Of a stretch of 64,000 nt of DNA, positions 10,329 through 17,668 are shown piece after piece. The stretch comes from Armatimonadota bacterium. GTDB lineage: Bacteria; Armatimonadota; UBA5829; DSUL01. The stretch is taken from NCBI GenBank assembly GCA_040769165.1, contig JAXGLP010000001.1:728197-792196 (forward strand), given 5' to 3'. Position numbers and translations under genes: made by a program. Position 1 is the first letter of the stretch. Each line of letters opens with the position of its first letter. Below the pieces are notes generated by a model. The model ran no database searches. It saw only the letters and a program-made list of their open reading frames with translations, and had not been told where the DNA came from.

Positions 10329-10433
10329 CTCTTCCTGAGGGCCGCCCCGATCTTCCGGGGCGGCCCGCTCTTCCGGTTACATGTCAGGAATCAGGCAAAG
10401 GTTCCCGCCAGCGTTGCGGCGAAGTGTCCTGGT

Positions 10434-11237
10434 ATGCAACGCATCGCGAGGCAGATTCGCTGCGACATCATCCGTATGATCCACGCGGCCGGGTCCGGGC
10501 ACCCGGGCGCGTCCCTCAGCGCCGTCGAGATCGTGACCGCCTTGTATTTCAGCGTGATGAACATAGACCCATCGCGCCCGAACTGGCCGCAGCGTGACCG
10601 CTTCATCCTCTCCAAGGGCCACGCCTGTCCCGTTCTGTACGCCGCGCTGGCGAGACGCGGCTACTTCGCCGCCAATGAACTGATGACCCTGCGCCGCATC
10701 AACAGCACGCTTCAGGGGCACCCCGACATGAACAAGACGCCCGGAGTGGATATGACGTCCGGGTCGCTCGGCAATGGTCTTTCGTGCGGCGGCGGGATGG
10801 CCCTGGCTGCACGGCTCGACTCGCTGCCCGCCCGCATCTATGTGCTGCTCGGCGACGGGGAACTGCAGGAAGGCATCGTGTGGGAGGCGGCAATGACCGC
10901 CGCTCATTACCGGCTCGACAACCTCTGTGCCATCGTGGACAACAACGGGCTTCAGCTCGACGGCTTCACGCGCGACGTGATGGGTGTCGGGCCCATTTCA
11001 GAAAAATGGCGCAGCTTCGGATGGAACGTCATCGAGACCGCCGGGCACGATCTGGACGCGCTTGTGCGCTCGTTCGAATCGGCGCGCGAGACAAAGGGAC
11101 GCCCCACCGTCATCATCGCCGCCACCACCAAAGGCAAGGGCGTGTCGTTTATGGAGAACGAGTGCGGCTGGCACGGCCGCTGCCCCACCGGCGACGAGGC
11201 CGCCCGGGCGCTCGTCGAACTGGGAGAGACGCTGTGA
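10434..11237 (+). CDS. Transketolase, N-terminal (TPP-binding) subunit
   Basis: Contains GSGHPGASLS, LSKGHA, GSLG.G and GDGELQEG. Size of 267 aa is typical of split transketolases. Confidence 0.85.
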   Translation: MQRIARQIRCDIIRMIHAAGSGHPGASLSAVEIVTALYFSVMNIDPSRPNWPQRDRFILSKGHACPVLYAALARRGYFAANELMTLRRINSTLQGHPDMNKTPGVDMTSGSLGNGLSCGGGMALAARLDSLPARIYVLLGDGELQEGIVWEAAMTAAHYRLDNLCAIVDNNGLQLDGFTRDVMGVGPISEKWRSFGWNVIETAGHDLDALVRSFESARETKGRPTVIIAATTKGKGVSFMENECGWHGRCPTGDEAARALVELGETL

Positions 11238-12187
11238 GCGCGCCTGTCGCCACACGCGTGGCGTACGGCGAGGCGCTCCCCGAGATGGGCGAGCTTTTCC
11301 CGAATCTGCTTGTGCTCGACTCGGACATCTCCAGAGCGATGCATACCGGCGCGTTCGAGGAGCGTTTCCCGGAGCGGCATTTCGACTTCGGAATCGCCGA
11401 GCAGGATATGATGGCGGCCGCGGCCGGGATGGCGGCCATGGGCAAGATACCCGTTGTGAACACCTACGCGGTCTTCGCGGCGCTGAGGGCGTGCGAGCAG
11501 ATGCGCACGTTCATCGCATATCCGAACCTCAACGTCAAAATCGCCGTCAGTCACGGCGGCCTGGCGGTCGGATGGGACGGGGTCACGCATCAGGGCCTCG
11601 AAGACATGAGCATCGTGCGCGCCATCCCGAACATGACCATCGTCCACCCCGCCGATGCGGTCTCGACGAAGAAGCTGCTTCCCCAGCTCATCGCGCACAA
11701 TGGTCCCGTGTATTTCCGTCTGGGCAGAAACCCGGCGCCCGTGCTCTACGCCGAAGACCGTCCGGTGACGATGGGGAAGGCGGAAGTGCTTGCTGAGGGC
11801 GGCGATGTCACAATCGTGGCGTGCGGGCTGATGGTCTCCGAGTCGCTGAAAGCGGTCCGGCTTCTGCGCGAGAGCGGGGTGGGGGCGCGGTTGCTCGACA
11901 TGCATGCAATCAAACCGCTGGACGCCGCGGCCGTGATCGACTCCGCGGCGCTTACGGGGGCGCTGGTGGCGGCGGAGGACAACACCATTCTGGGCGGGCT
12001 GGGGTCGGCGGTTGCGGAGACGCTGGCCGAAAACTGCCCCGCGCCGCTGAGGCGAATCGGCGTCCGGGACTGCTTCGGGGAATCGGGCGACCCCGCGGCG
12101 CTGTTCGAGAAATACGAAATGAGCGCGGCGCACATCGCGGCCGCCGCCGAGAGCGCAATCGCCGCCAAACAGGGGCGGCGGAAGTAA
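11234..12187 (+). CDS. Transketolase, C-terminal (pyrimidine-binding) subunit
   Basis: Contains RVAYGEAL, FDFGIAEQDM and THQGLEDM. GTG start overlaps the upstream stop (GTGA). Confidence 0.85.
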   Translation: MSAPVATRVAYGEALPEMGELFPNLLVLDSDISRAMHTGAFEERFPERHFDFGIAEQDMMAAAAGMAAMGKIPVVNTYAVFAALRACEQMRTFIAYPNLNVKIAVSHGGLAVGWDGVTHQGLEDMSIVRAIPNMTIVHPADAVSTKKLLPQLIAHNGPVYFRLGRNPAPVLYAEDRPVTMGKAEVLAEGGDVTIVACGLMVSESLKAVRLLRESGVGARLLDMHAIKPLDAAAVIDSAALTGALVAAEDNTILGGLGSAVAETLAENCPAPLRRIGVRDCFGESGDPAALFEKYEMSAAHIAAAAESAIAAKQGRRK

Positions 12188-12202
12188 CCGTCAGGAGAGC
12201 GT

Positions 12203-12568
12203 ATGGCCAGGCACACAGTGCACGAAAGCGAAATCGAGTATGTGAAGCTGACAGGGAGGGACCACAAGATGATCGTCGGTCCCGGCAAGGCGATGGAAGC
12301 CCGCAACATGGCGTTTGGCGTCGCCGACTTCCCCCCGCATGCGCACGCCCCCGCGCACGACCACGCGCAGGCCGAAGAGATCATCTACGTCACCTCCGGG
12401 TACGGAGAAATCTACTTCGACGGCGTCCCCGAGCCGGTGAAGGCGGGAACCGTCGCCTGCGTTCCGGAGGGAGTTGAGCACAGCATCGACAACCAGTCCG
12501 ATGAAACCATGACCATCGTCTATGTCTTCAGCCCGCCCGTCGCGCAGGGCAGCTACGAGCGGAAGTAG
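12203..12568 (+). CDS. Cupin-domain protein
   Basis: 121 aa with the cupin motifs H.H...EE.IYV..G and P.G..HS. GGAG lies upstream of the ATG. Confidence 0.7.
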   Translation: MARHTVHESEIEYVKLTGRDHKMIVGPGKAMEARNMAFGVADFPPHAHAPAHDHAQAEEIIYVTSGYGEIYFDGVPEPVKAGTVACVPEGVEHSIDNQSDETMTIVYVFSPPVAQGSYERK

Positions 12569-12608
12569 GCGCGCGGTGGCACGGGTCTCGTCAAAGCGCA
12601 AGCCTGCC

Positions 12609-14573
12609 ATGTTGAGCCGCGGGTGCGCGCGCCGGATGCTTCGCACCATGTGCCTGATCCGGCACTTCGAAGAGCGCGTCGTCAAGCTGTTCCACCAGGG
12701 GCTCATCCGGGGGGCCACCCACGTCTATCTGGGCGAAGAGGCGGTGGCGGCTGGCGCGTGCGCCGCGCTTAGGCCCGGCGACACGATCACGAGCACCCAT
12801 CGCGGGCACGGCCACTGCATAGCACGCGGGCTGGATGTGAAGCCGATGCTGGCCGAGCTTCTGGGCAAGGCAACCGGCTACTGCGGCGGCAAGGGCGGCA
12901 GCATGCACATCGCCGACCTGAAGCGCGGCATCCTTGGGGCGAACGGAATTGTGGGCGGCGGCATCCCCCTCGCGGCCGGAGCGGGGCTCACAGCGGCGTA
13001 CAAACAGACCGGCCAGGTCACCCTCTGTTTCTTCGGCGACGGCGCGGCCCAGCAGGGCGGGTTCCACGAATCGCTCAACCTCGCCGCCGTCTGGAAACTG
13101 CCGGTCGTTTACATCTGCGAGAACAACTGCTTCGCGCTGACCACCCCCAACCGCGACGAGTGCTGTATCGAGAATATCGGCGACAGGGCGGCGGCCTACG
13201 GCATTCCCGGCTGCGTCATTGACGGCAACGACGCGTTTGCTGTGTACGGGGCCGTCCGGAAGGCTGTGTCGCGCGCGAGACGCGGCGGCGGCCCGTCGCT
13301 CATCGAGTGCAAGACCTACCGGTGGCAGGGGCACTATCTGGGCGATCCGGAGGTCTACCGCACGAAGGCGCAGGTGCGGGAGTGGATCGCGCGCGATCCC
13401 GTCGCGCGCTCTGTCCGCGATCTCGACAGGCTCGGGATCGTTCCCGCCGCTGAGGCCGCCGCCATAGACCGGGACGCGGCGCTTGCTGTGGACGAGGCCG
13501 AGAAGTTCGCTCTGGCAAGCCCTCCGCCCGCGCCCGAAACGCTCACTCAGGGACTCTGGGCGCCCGAAAAGCCCCTTCCCGCGGCGTCAGTGTCGGGCAG
13601 CACGTGCGAGATGACGTACTGCCAGGCCCTGAACGAGGCTCTGCGCGAAGCTATGGCCGGCGATCCGGACGTGGTCGTTCTCGGCGAGGATGTCGGACTG
13701 CACGGAGGCCCGTTCCAGGTAACGAAAGGCCTGTTTGCCGAGTTCGGCGCCCGGCGCGTGCGCAACACCCCCCTCAGCGAGGCCGCCATCGCGGGGTGCA
13801 CGGTCGGCAGTGCTCTCACCGGACTGCGTCCCGTCGGCGAGATCATGTATATTGATTTCAGCACCATCGCGCTCGACCAGATCGTCAATCAGGCCGCCAA
13901 GATGCGCTACATGTTTGGCGGCGAAGCGACCCTGCCGCTTGTGATTCGCACCATGGTGGGCGCGGGGACGCGCAGCAGCGGCCAGCACTCGCAGAGCCTG
14001 GAGGCCTGGTTCTGCCACATCCCGGGCCTCAAGGTGGTGATGCCGTCCTGTCCCGCCGACGCGAAGGGGCTCCTCCGGGCCGCCATCCACGAGGACAACC
14101 CCGTCATCTTCATCGAGCTCAAGCGCCTGTACAACACGAAGGGCCCCGTCCCGCGGGGCGAGTACTTCATCCCGCTCGGCACGGCCGACGTCAAGAGGAC
14201 CGGCACGCATGCGACCGTCATCGCGACCGGCGCTCAGGTGGGCGAGGCGCTAAAGGCGGCGGAGCGTCTGGCATCAGAGGGCATCGAGGTCGAGGTGATT
14301 GACCCCCGCACGCTCTACCCGCTGGACAGGGAAGCGATAGCGGCGTCGGTTCGGAAAACGGGCCGGGCCGTGGCCGTCTCGGACGCGGTGGCGCGTTTCG
14401 GAGTCTGCGCCGAGGTCGCGTCGGTGATCATGGAAGACGCCTTCGACTATCTGGACGCCCCCGTCCGGCGCGTGGGCGGCGCGGAGGTTCCCATGCCCTA
14501 CGCGGCCGGGCTCGAGTCGTTGGCGCTCCCCGATTCAGCCGCCATCGAAGCCGCCGTGCGCAGTATTCTCTAG
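12609..14573 (+). CDS. Fused 2-oxoacid (pyruvate/acetoin-type) dehydrogenase E1 component, alpha+beta in one polypeptide
   Basis: N-terminal half carries E1-alpha motifs (RHFEERV, YLGEEA, GGKGGSMH, GDGAAQQG, CENN). C-terminal half carries E1-beta motifs (VLGEDVG..GG.F.VT, RVRNTPLSEA, IDPRTLYPLD). The frame is continuous. I chose the ATG at 12609 to avoid overlapping the cupin gene. Confidence 0.85.
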   Translation: MLSRGCARRMLRTMCLIRHFEERVVKLFHQGLIRGATHVYLGEEAVAAGACAALRPGDTITSTHRGHGHCIARGLDVKPMLAELLGKATGYCGGKGGSMHIADLKRGILGANGIVGGGIPLAAGAGLTAAYKQTGQVTLCFFGDGAAQQGGFHESLNLAAVWKLPVVYICENNCFALTTPNRDECCIENIGDRAAAYGIPGCVIDGNDAFAVYGAVRKAVSRARRGGGPSLIECKTYRWQGHYLGDPEVYRTKAQVREWIARDPVARSVRDLDRLGIVPAAEAAAIDRDAALAVDEAEKFALASPPPAPETLTQGLWAPEKPLPAASVSGSTCEMTYCQALNEALREAMAGDPDVVVLGEDVGLHGGPFQVTKGLFAEFGARRVRNTPLSEAAIAGCTVGSALTGLRPVGEIMYIDFSTIALDQIVNQAAKMRYMFGGEATLPLVIRTMVGAGTRSSGQHSQSLEAWFCHIPGLKVVMPSCPADAKGLLRAAIHEDNPVIFIELKRLYNTKGPVPRGEYFIPLGTADVKRTGTHATVIATGAQVGEALKAAERLASEGIEVEVIDPRTLYPLDREAIAASVRKTGRAVAVSDAVARFGVCAEVASVIMEDAFDYLDAPVRRVGGAEVPMPYAAGLESLALPDSAAIEAAVRSIL

Positions 14574-14893
14574 CCCCCTGCTTGCATAGCGCTGGCGGGA
14601 AGCACCATCCGGCGGATGATCGCCGCGTTTGAGGCGGCGGGCTTCGCCGCGGCGCTGCGGCTGCACGCCAACGCGGAGGCCGTGTGGCGCGCGACCCGGC
14701 CGGGCGGCATCAGCAACCTCGAAAAGAAGCTGAAGGCGCGGGGGAGGTAAACATCGGTGGCCGCTGCTCCGTTGTTTCGGGATTTCGGCCTCAGCATACC
14801 CGGCAACCCTGCGCAATCCGAAATCCCTATATGGTAGCATTTGTGTCGTACGGAGCATGAGTGGGGCGGTTTCTGCATTCAGGACCATCAAAT

Positions 14894-15070
14894 CCCGCTG
14901 AAACGCTGAATCCGGACTTCAGCGGCATCATCCCTTTCAGCGCCTCAGCGATTCCGCAAACCCCCGCGTCTCCGCCCGCCGTCCTGAATCGCGGAAGCAC
15001 GGAAGACAGAAGGAAACGCGGAATTCCGGATTCCGTGCCTCCGCCCGTCCCGCATCTCCGCGATTCCGGA
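14894..15070. repeat. 177-bp direct repeat, copy A (structured non-coding element)
   Basis: Identical to 15116..15292 except for 2 adjacent bases (15052-15053 vs 15274-15275). Contains nested inverted repeats: ccgctgaa/ttcagcgg, gaatcgcgga/tccgcgattc, gcacggaa/ttccgtgc and the palindrome cggaattccg. Confidence 0.9.
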
Positions 15071-15115
15071 AGATCCATATCCTGCCCGGCTTCCAGAATC
15101 GCGGAACGGATGAAA

Positions 15116-15292
15116 CCCGCTGAAACGCTGAATCCGGACTTCAGCGGCATCATCCCTTTCAGCGCCTCAGCGATTCCGCAAACCCCCGCGTCTCCGCCCG
15201 CCGTCCTGAATCGCGGAAGCACGGAAGACAGAAGGAAACGCGGAATTCCGGATTCCGTGCCTCCGCCCGTCCCGTGTCTCCGCGATTCCGGA
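15116..15292. repeat. 177-bp direct repeat, copy B
   Basis: Second copy, offset by 222 bp from copy A with a 45-bp spacer between them. The spacer holds a further partial 'gaatcgcggaa' motif. Confidence 0.9.
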
Positions 15293-15435
15293 GTTCCGCC
15301 GGGCAGCGTTCGCGTTGCCGCTACCAGCCGCCCGGCCGGACCTGCTGTATTTGTCTCCGGGAACTTCCGGAGCGCGGGAACGGGCCACTAGTCACGCCCT
15401 TTCGGAAGGCCCGAGCCCTGGCATCGGCTGACTTG

Positions 15436-15563
15436 CCCCCGGAGCGCACCAACCGGAACCCGTTGTTGTTGTTCCAGTTGTTCGGGTTGTTGTTGTTGCG
15501 GTTGGCGCAGCGGTTGTTGTTGTCGTTGTTGTTCCAGCTACCGCCGCGCAGAACCCGATAGCT
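15436..15563 (-). repeat. DGR template repeat (TR)
   Basis: Gap-free 128-bp match to 15713..15840. All 21 mismatches fall on A in this copy (minus-strand sense), within AAC-rich codons. The six-frame ORF 15321..15581 covering it encodes the Asn-rich ...GGSWNNNDNNNRCANRNNNNPNNWNNNNGFRLVRSGG. Confidence 0.9.
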
Positions 15564-15629
15564 CCTCCGACCCGTCCCCATTGAGAGAGCCGAGGCCCCC
15601 TCAATTCTGTTTTGTGAATTCGCGAGCGG

Positions 15630-15650
15630 GCAGGGGATTTATCCCCCTGC
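15630..15650 (-). promoter_or_regulatory. GC-rich hairpin (7-bp stem gcagggg/cccctgc, 7-nt loop) between VR and TR
   Basis: Inverted repeat read directly from the sequence, about 60 nt 3' of the target-gene stop. Could be a terminator or a DGR-type target-recognition hairpin. It has no U-tract. Confidence 0.4.
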
Positions 15651-15708
15651 ACCCCCTGCTACCGGAGAAAACGGTAAAAGGGTAAAACGGCAAAGCGTAA
15701 CCACGGAC

Positions 15709-16776
15709 TCAGCCCCCGGAGCGCACCAACCGGAACCCGACGCTGTCGTACCAGTAGTTCGGGCTGAAGAAGTTGCGGTCGGCGCAGCGGTAGTAGTAGT
15801 CGTCGAGGCCCCAGCCACCGCCGCGCAGAACCCGATAGCTGCCCGTGTAATCAAATGGACTTGTGCTCCCGGGATAAGAAACATACCAGTCCGCAACCCA
15901 CTCCCACACGTTACCAGCCATGTCCTGAAGACCATACGGACTCGCGCCCGAAGGATAACTCCCCACAGGAGCCGTCTGATACCTCTGGTAACCACCACCC
16001 GCGGAGTTGTGGTCATACCAGTTGTTGCACTTCTCATCGTCCCACTCGTTGCCCCACGGATACACGTTCGGATAACTCCCCGTCCAACGAGCCGCTTTCT
16101 CCCACTGAGCCTCCGTCGGCAAATGACCACCCGCCCACGCACAGTACGCCTCAGCCTCGTAATACGACACGCCGACAACCGGGTGAGACTGCGTCTGTGT
16201 GAATGTCTGCCCGGTGTACCAGGTCTGCTCCGCAGCCCAGTAGCGCGGCTCAGTGCGGCTGTTCGAAACCTTCCAACTCCACCCCGCGCTCGACCAGTAC
16301 GCAGGGTTGCTGTAACCGCCAGCCTCTATGAACCGGCGATACTCACCCCGCGTTACCTCATACTTCGCGATCCAGTAGCCCGAGAGATACACCGAGTGCT
16401 GGGGAAGCTCGTCGTCCCACGAATACGGCTCGCTGCCGTTGTTGCCCATCAGAAACGAACCCGCGGGGATGTAGACCATCTCGGTCGCCGCGGGGCCAAC
16501 GTAGTGCTCCACAGCGCCGGTCACCGTCAGCACGCTGCCGTCCCAGTCGCCAGTCACCACCAGGAAGTCCGACGGCGCCGCGGTGGTCCCGACGACCGTG
16601 ATCTCGCCGTTGCCGTCGCTCAGCTTCAGGGGACTCTCAGAGACGACACGACCCGCGACCTTGATGGGGTTTGGGGGCGTAGGGGAATACTGCAGGTCCG
16701 AGACGCGGACCACATACGCGCCCTGAACAGGCAGTCCGAGCACAAGCAACACACACGCACACAGCAACTTCTTCAT
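15709..16776 (-). CDS. Secreted FGE-sulfatase (SUMF1) / C-type-lectin-fold protein; DGR variable (target) protein
   Basis: Signal peptide MKKLLCACVLLVLGLPVQG, with GGAGG upstream of the ATG at 16776. FGE-sulfatase-like body (YIPAGSFLMGNN, HSVYLSGYWIAKYEVT, NVWEWVADW, RVLRGGGW...GFRLVRSGG). The VR occupies the last ~43 codons. Confidence 0.85.
   Translation of the reverse strand: MKKLLCACVLLVLGLPVQGAYVVRVSDLQYSPTPPNPIKVAGRVVSESPLKLSDGNGEITVVGTTAAPSDFLVVTGDWDGSVLTVTGAVEHYVGPAATEMVYIPAGSFLMGNNGSEPYSWDDELPQHSVYLSGYWIAKYEVTRGEYRRFIEAGGYSNPAYWSSAGWSWKVSNSRTEPRYWAAEQTWYTGQTFTQTQSHPVVGVSYYEAEAYCAWAGGHLPTEAQWEKAARWTGSYPNVYPWGNEWDDEKCNNWYDHNSAGGGYQRYQTAPVGSYPSGASPYGLQDMAGNVWEWVADWYVSYPGSTSPFDYTGSYRVLRGGGWGLDDYYYRCADRNFFSPNYWYDSVGFRLVRSGG
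15713..15840 (-). repeat. DGR variable repeat (VR) inside the 3' end of CDS 15709..16776
   Basis: Counterpart of the TR. Encodes GGGWGLDDYYYRCADRNFFSPNYWYDSVGFRLVRSGG. The last 26 nt (GGGTTCCGGTTGGTGCGCTCCGGGGG) contain no A and are identical to the TR (IMH-like). Confidence 0.9.
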
Positions 16777-16859
16777 TCGTAGTTCCTCCCTTTGCGGCTC
16801 CGCACCACAACGCTGAAACGGTGCGGACGGCTTAAGTATTGCGCATGGCCCGGCTGGTG

Positions 16860-17477
16860 TCAAGCTGAATCGCTGAACGTCTGCGCCCCCGCCGGCACGA
16901 GGCCGCTGCTGGGACTGACGCTCGTGTTGGACGGAGGGGCGGAGGCCACGGTGATCTCGCCAGCCTGATTCCAGCCGTCTCCATGCCCCGCGCGGTCGCC
17001 CACGTAGAGCCACTCCTTGAGCACCTTACCCCCCACGAGCGGCTTCAGCGTCAAGCCCACCCTCACCGTCAGCCCCGCGCCGGCGCCTGTCACCGCCGTG
17101 TCAGCACAGTGCACGGTACAGCGCGAGTTCTCGATGGTGTTCGCCGAACCCGGAGCGCAGCCGCCCAGCCATGCGCTGTTGGCGTCGTCTCGCAGCCAGA
17201 GCTTGTTCGCCGTCCGGTCGTGCCGCAGGAAGATACCGTTGTGGCCCACAAGCGCCGTGTTCAGCAGTATGCGGCAGTCGGTGATGTCGGCAAAGCCGTC
17301 GCCGTCGCTGAAGGACGCTGTGAAGGTTTGCTTCACACCGATCACAAGGCTGCCGCTCGATGGCGTGATTGTGCCGGTGACCGGCTCGCCTGCCGCATAG
17401 GCGGCAGGCGCAGATGCCGCAAGGGCGGCAACAAGCGCGCACACAAACAGCATAGAACGGATAACCGAACGGTTCAT
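16860..17477 (-). CDS. Secreted protein with one full copy plus a truncated second copy of the unrecognised 'LLLN/WLRNDAN' repeat domain
   Basis: Signal peptide MNRSVIRSMLFVCALVAALAASAPAAYA (ATG at 17477). Domain core ILLNTALVGHNGIFLRHDRTANKLWLRDDANSAWLGGCAPGSANTIENSRC matches the repeats in CDS 58425..61556 and 63081..>64000. Confidence 0.65.
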   Translation of the reverse strand: MNRSVIRSMLFVCALVAALAASAPAAYAAGEPVTGTITPSSGSLVIGVKQTFTASFSDGDGFADITDCRILLNTALVGHNGIFLRHDRTANKLWLRDDANSAWLGGCAPGSANTIENSRCTVHCADTAVTGAGAGLTVRVGLTLKPLVGGKVLKEWLYVGDRAGHGDGWNQAGEITVASAPPSNTSVSPSSGLVPAGAQTFSDSA

Positions 17478-17668
17478 CTCAATCCTGCTCCTTCCCGGCA
17501 CCGCCACTGGGCGGCCACATTCGGGCGTATGTCCGGCCGGGCGCCAATATACTACCAGACGCGCGGCGGGAGGGCAAGGGGAGCGGGGGTGAAGGGCTGG
17601 CAGGACCGCAGCAGTCTTCAACCACCCGTCCGTGTTATACTGCCCCGGCTTCTAAGGAGTGCTGCACC

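Noticed and set aside
12609-14573. E1 alpha and beta in a single ORF might indicate a frameshift or assembly error fusing two genes
   Set aside because: The junction (about 13540-13620) is a smooth Pro/Ala-rich linker in one frame with no stop nearby. Fused alpha/beta E1 proteins are a known architecture.
14861-15391. 176-aa ORF with an internally duplicated peptide, and the antisense 131-aa ORF 14827..15222
   Set aside because: The duplication is just the translation of the 177-bp DNA direct repeat. The sequence is dominated by inverted repeats, has no start-site context and has no protein-like motifs.
15321-15581. 86-aa Asn-rich ORF (..GGSWNNNDNNNRCANRNNNNPNNWNNNNGFRLVRSGG..) that could be called a small FGE-domain gene or pseudogene
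   Set aside because: It has no FGE domain body and no ribosome-binding site. It matches only the last ~43 codons of the upstream gene. Its differences from that gene fall exclusively on adenines. It is the DGR template repeat, not a protein-coding gene.
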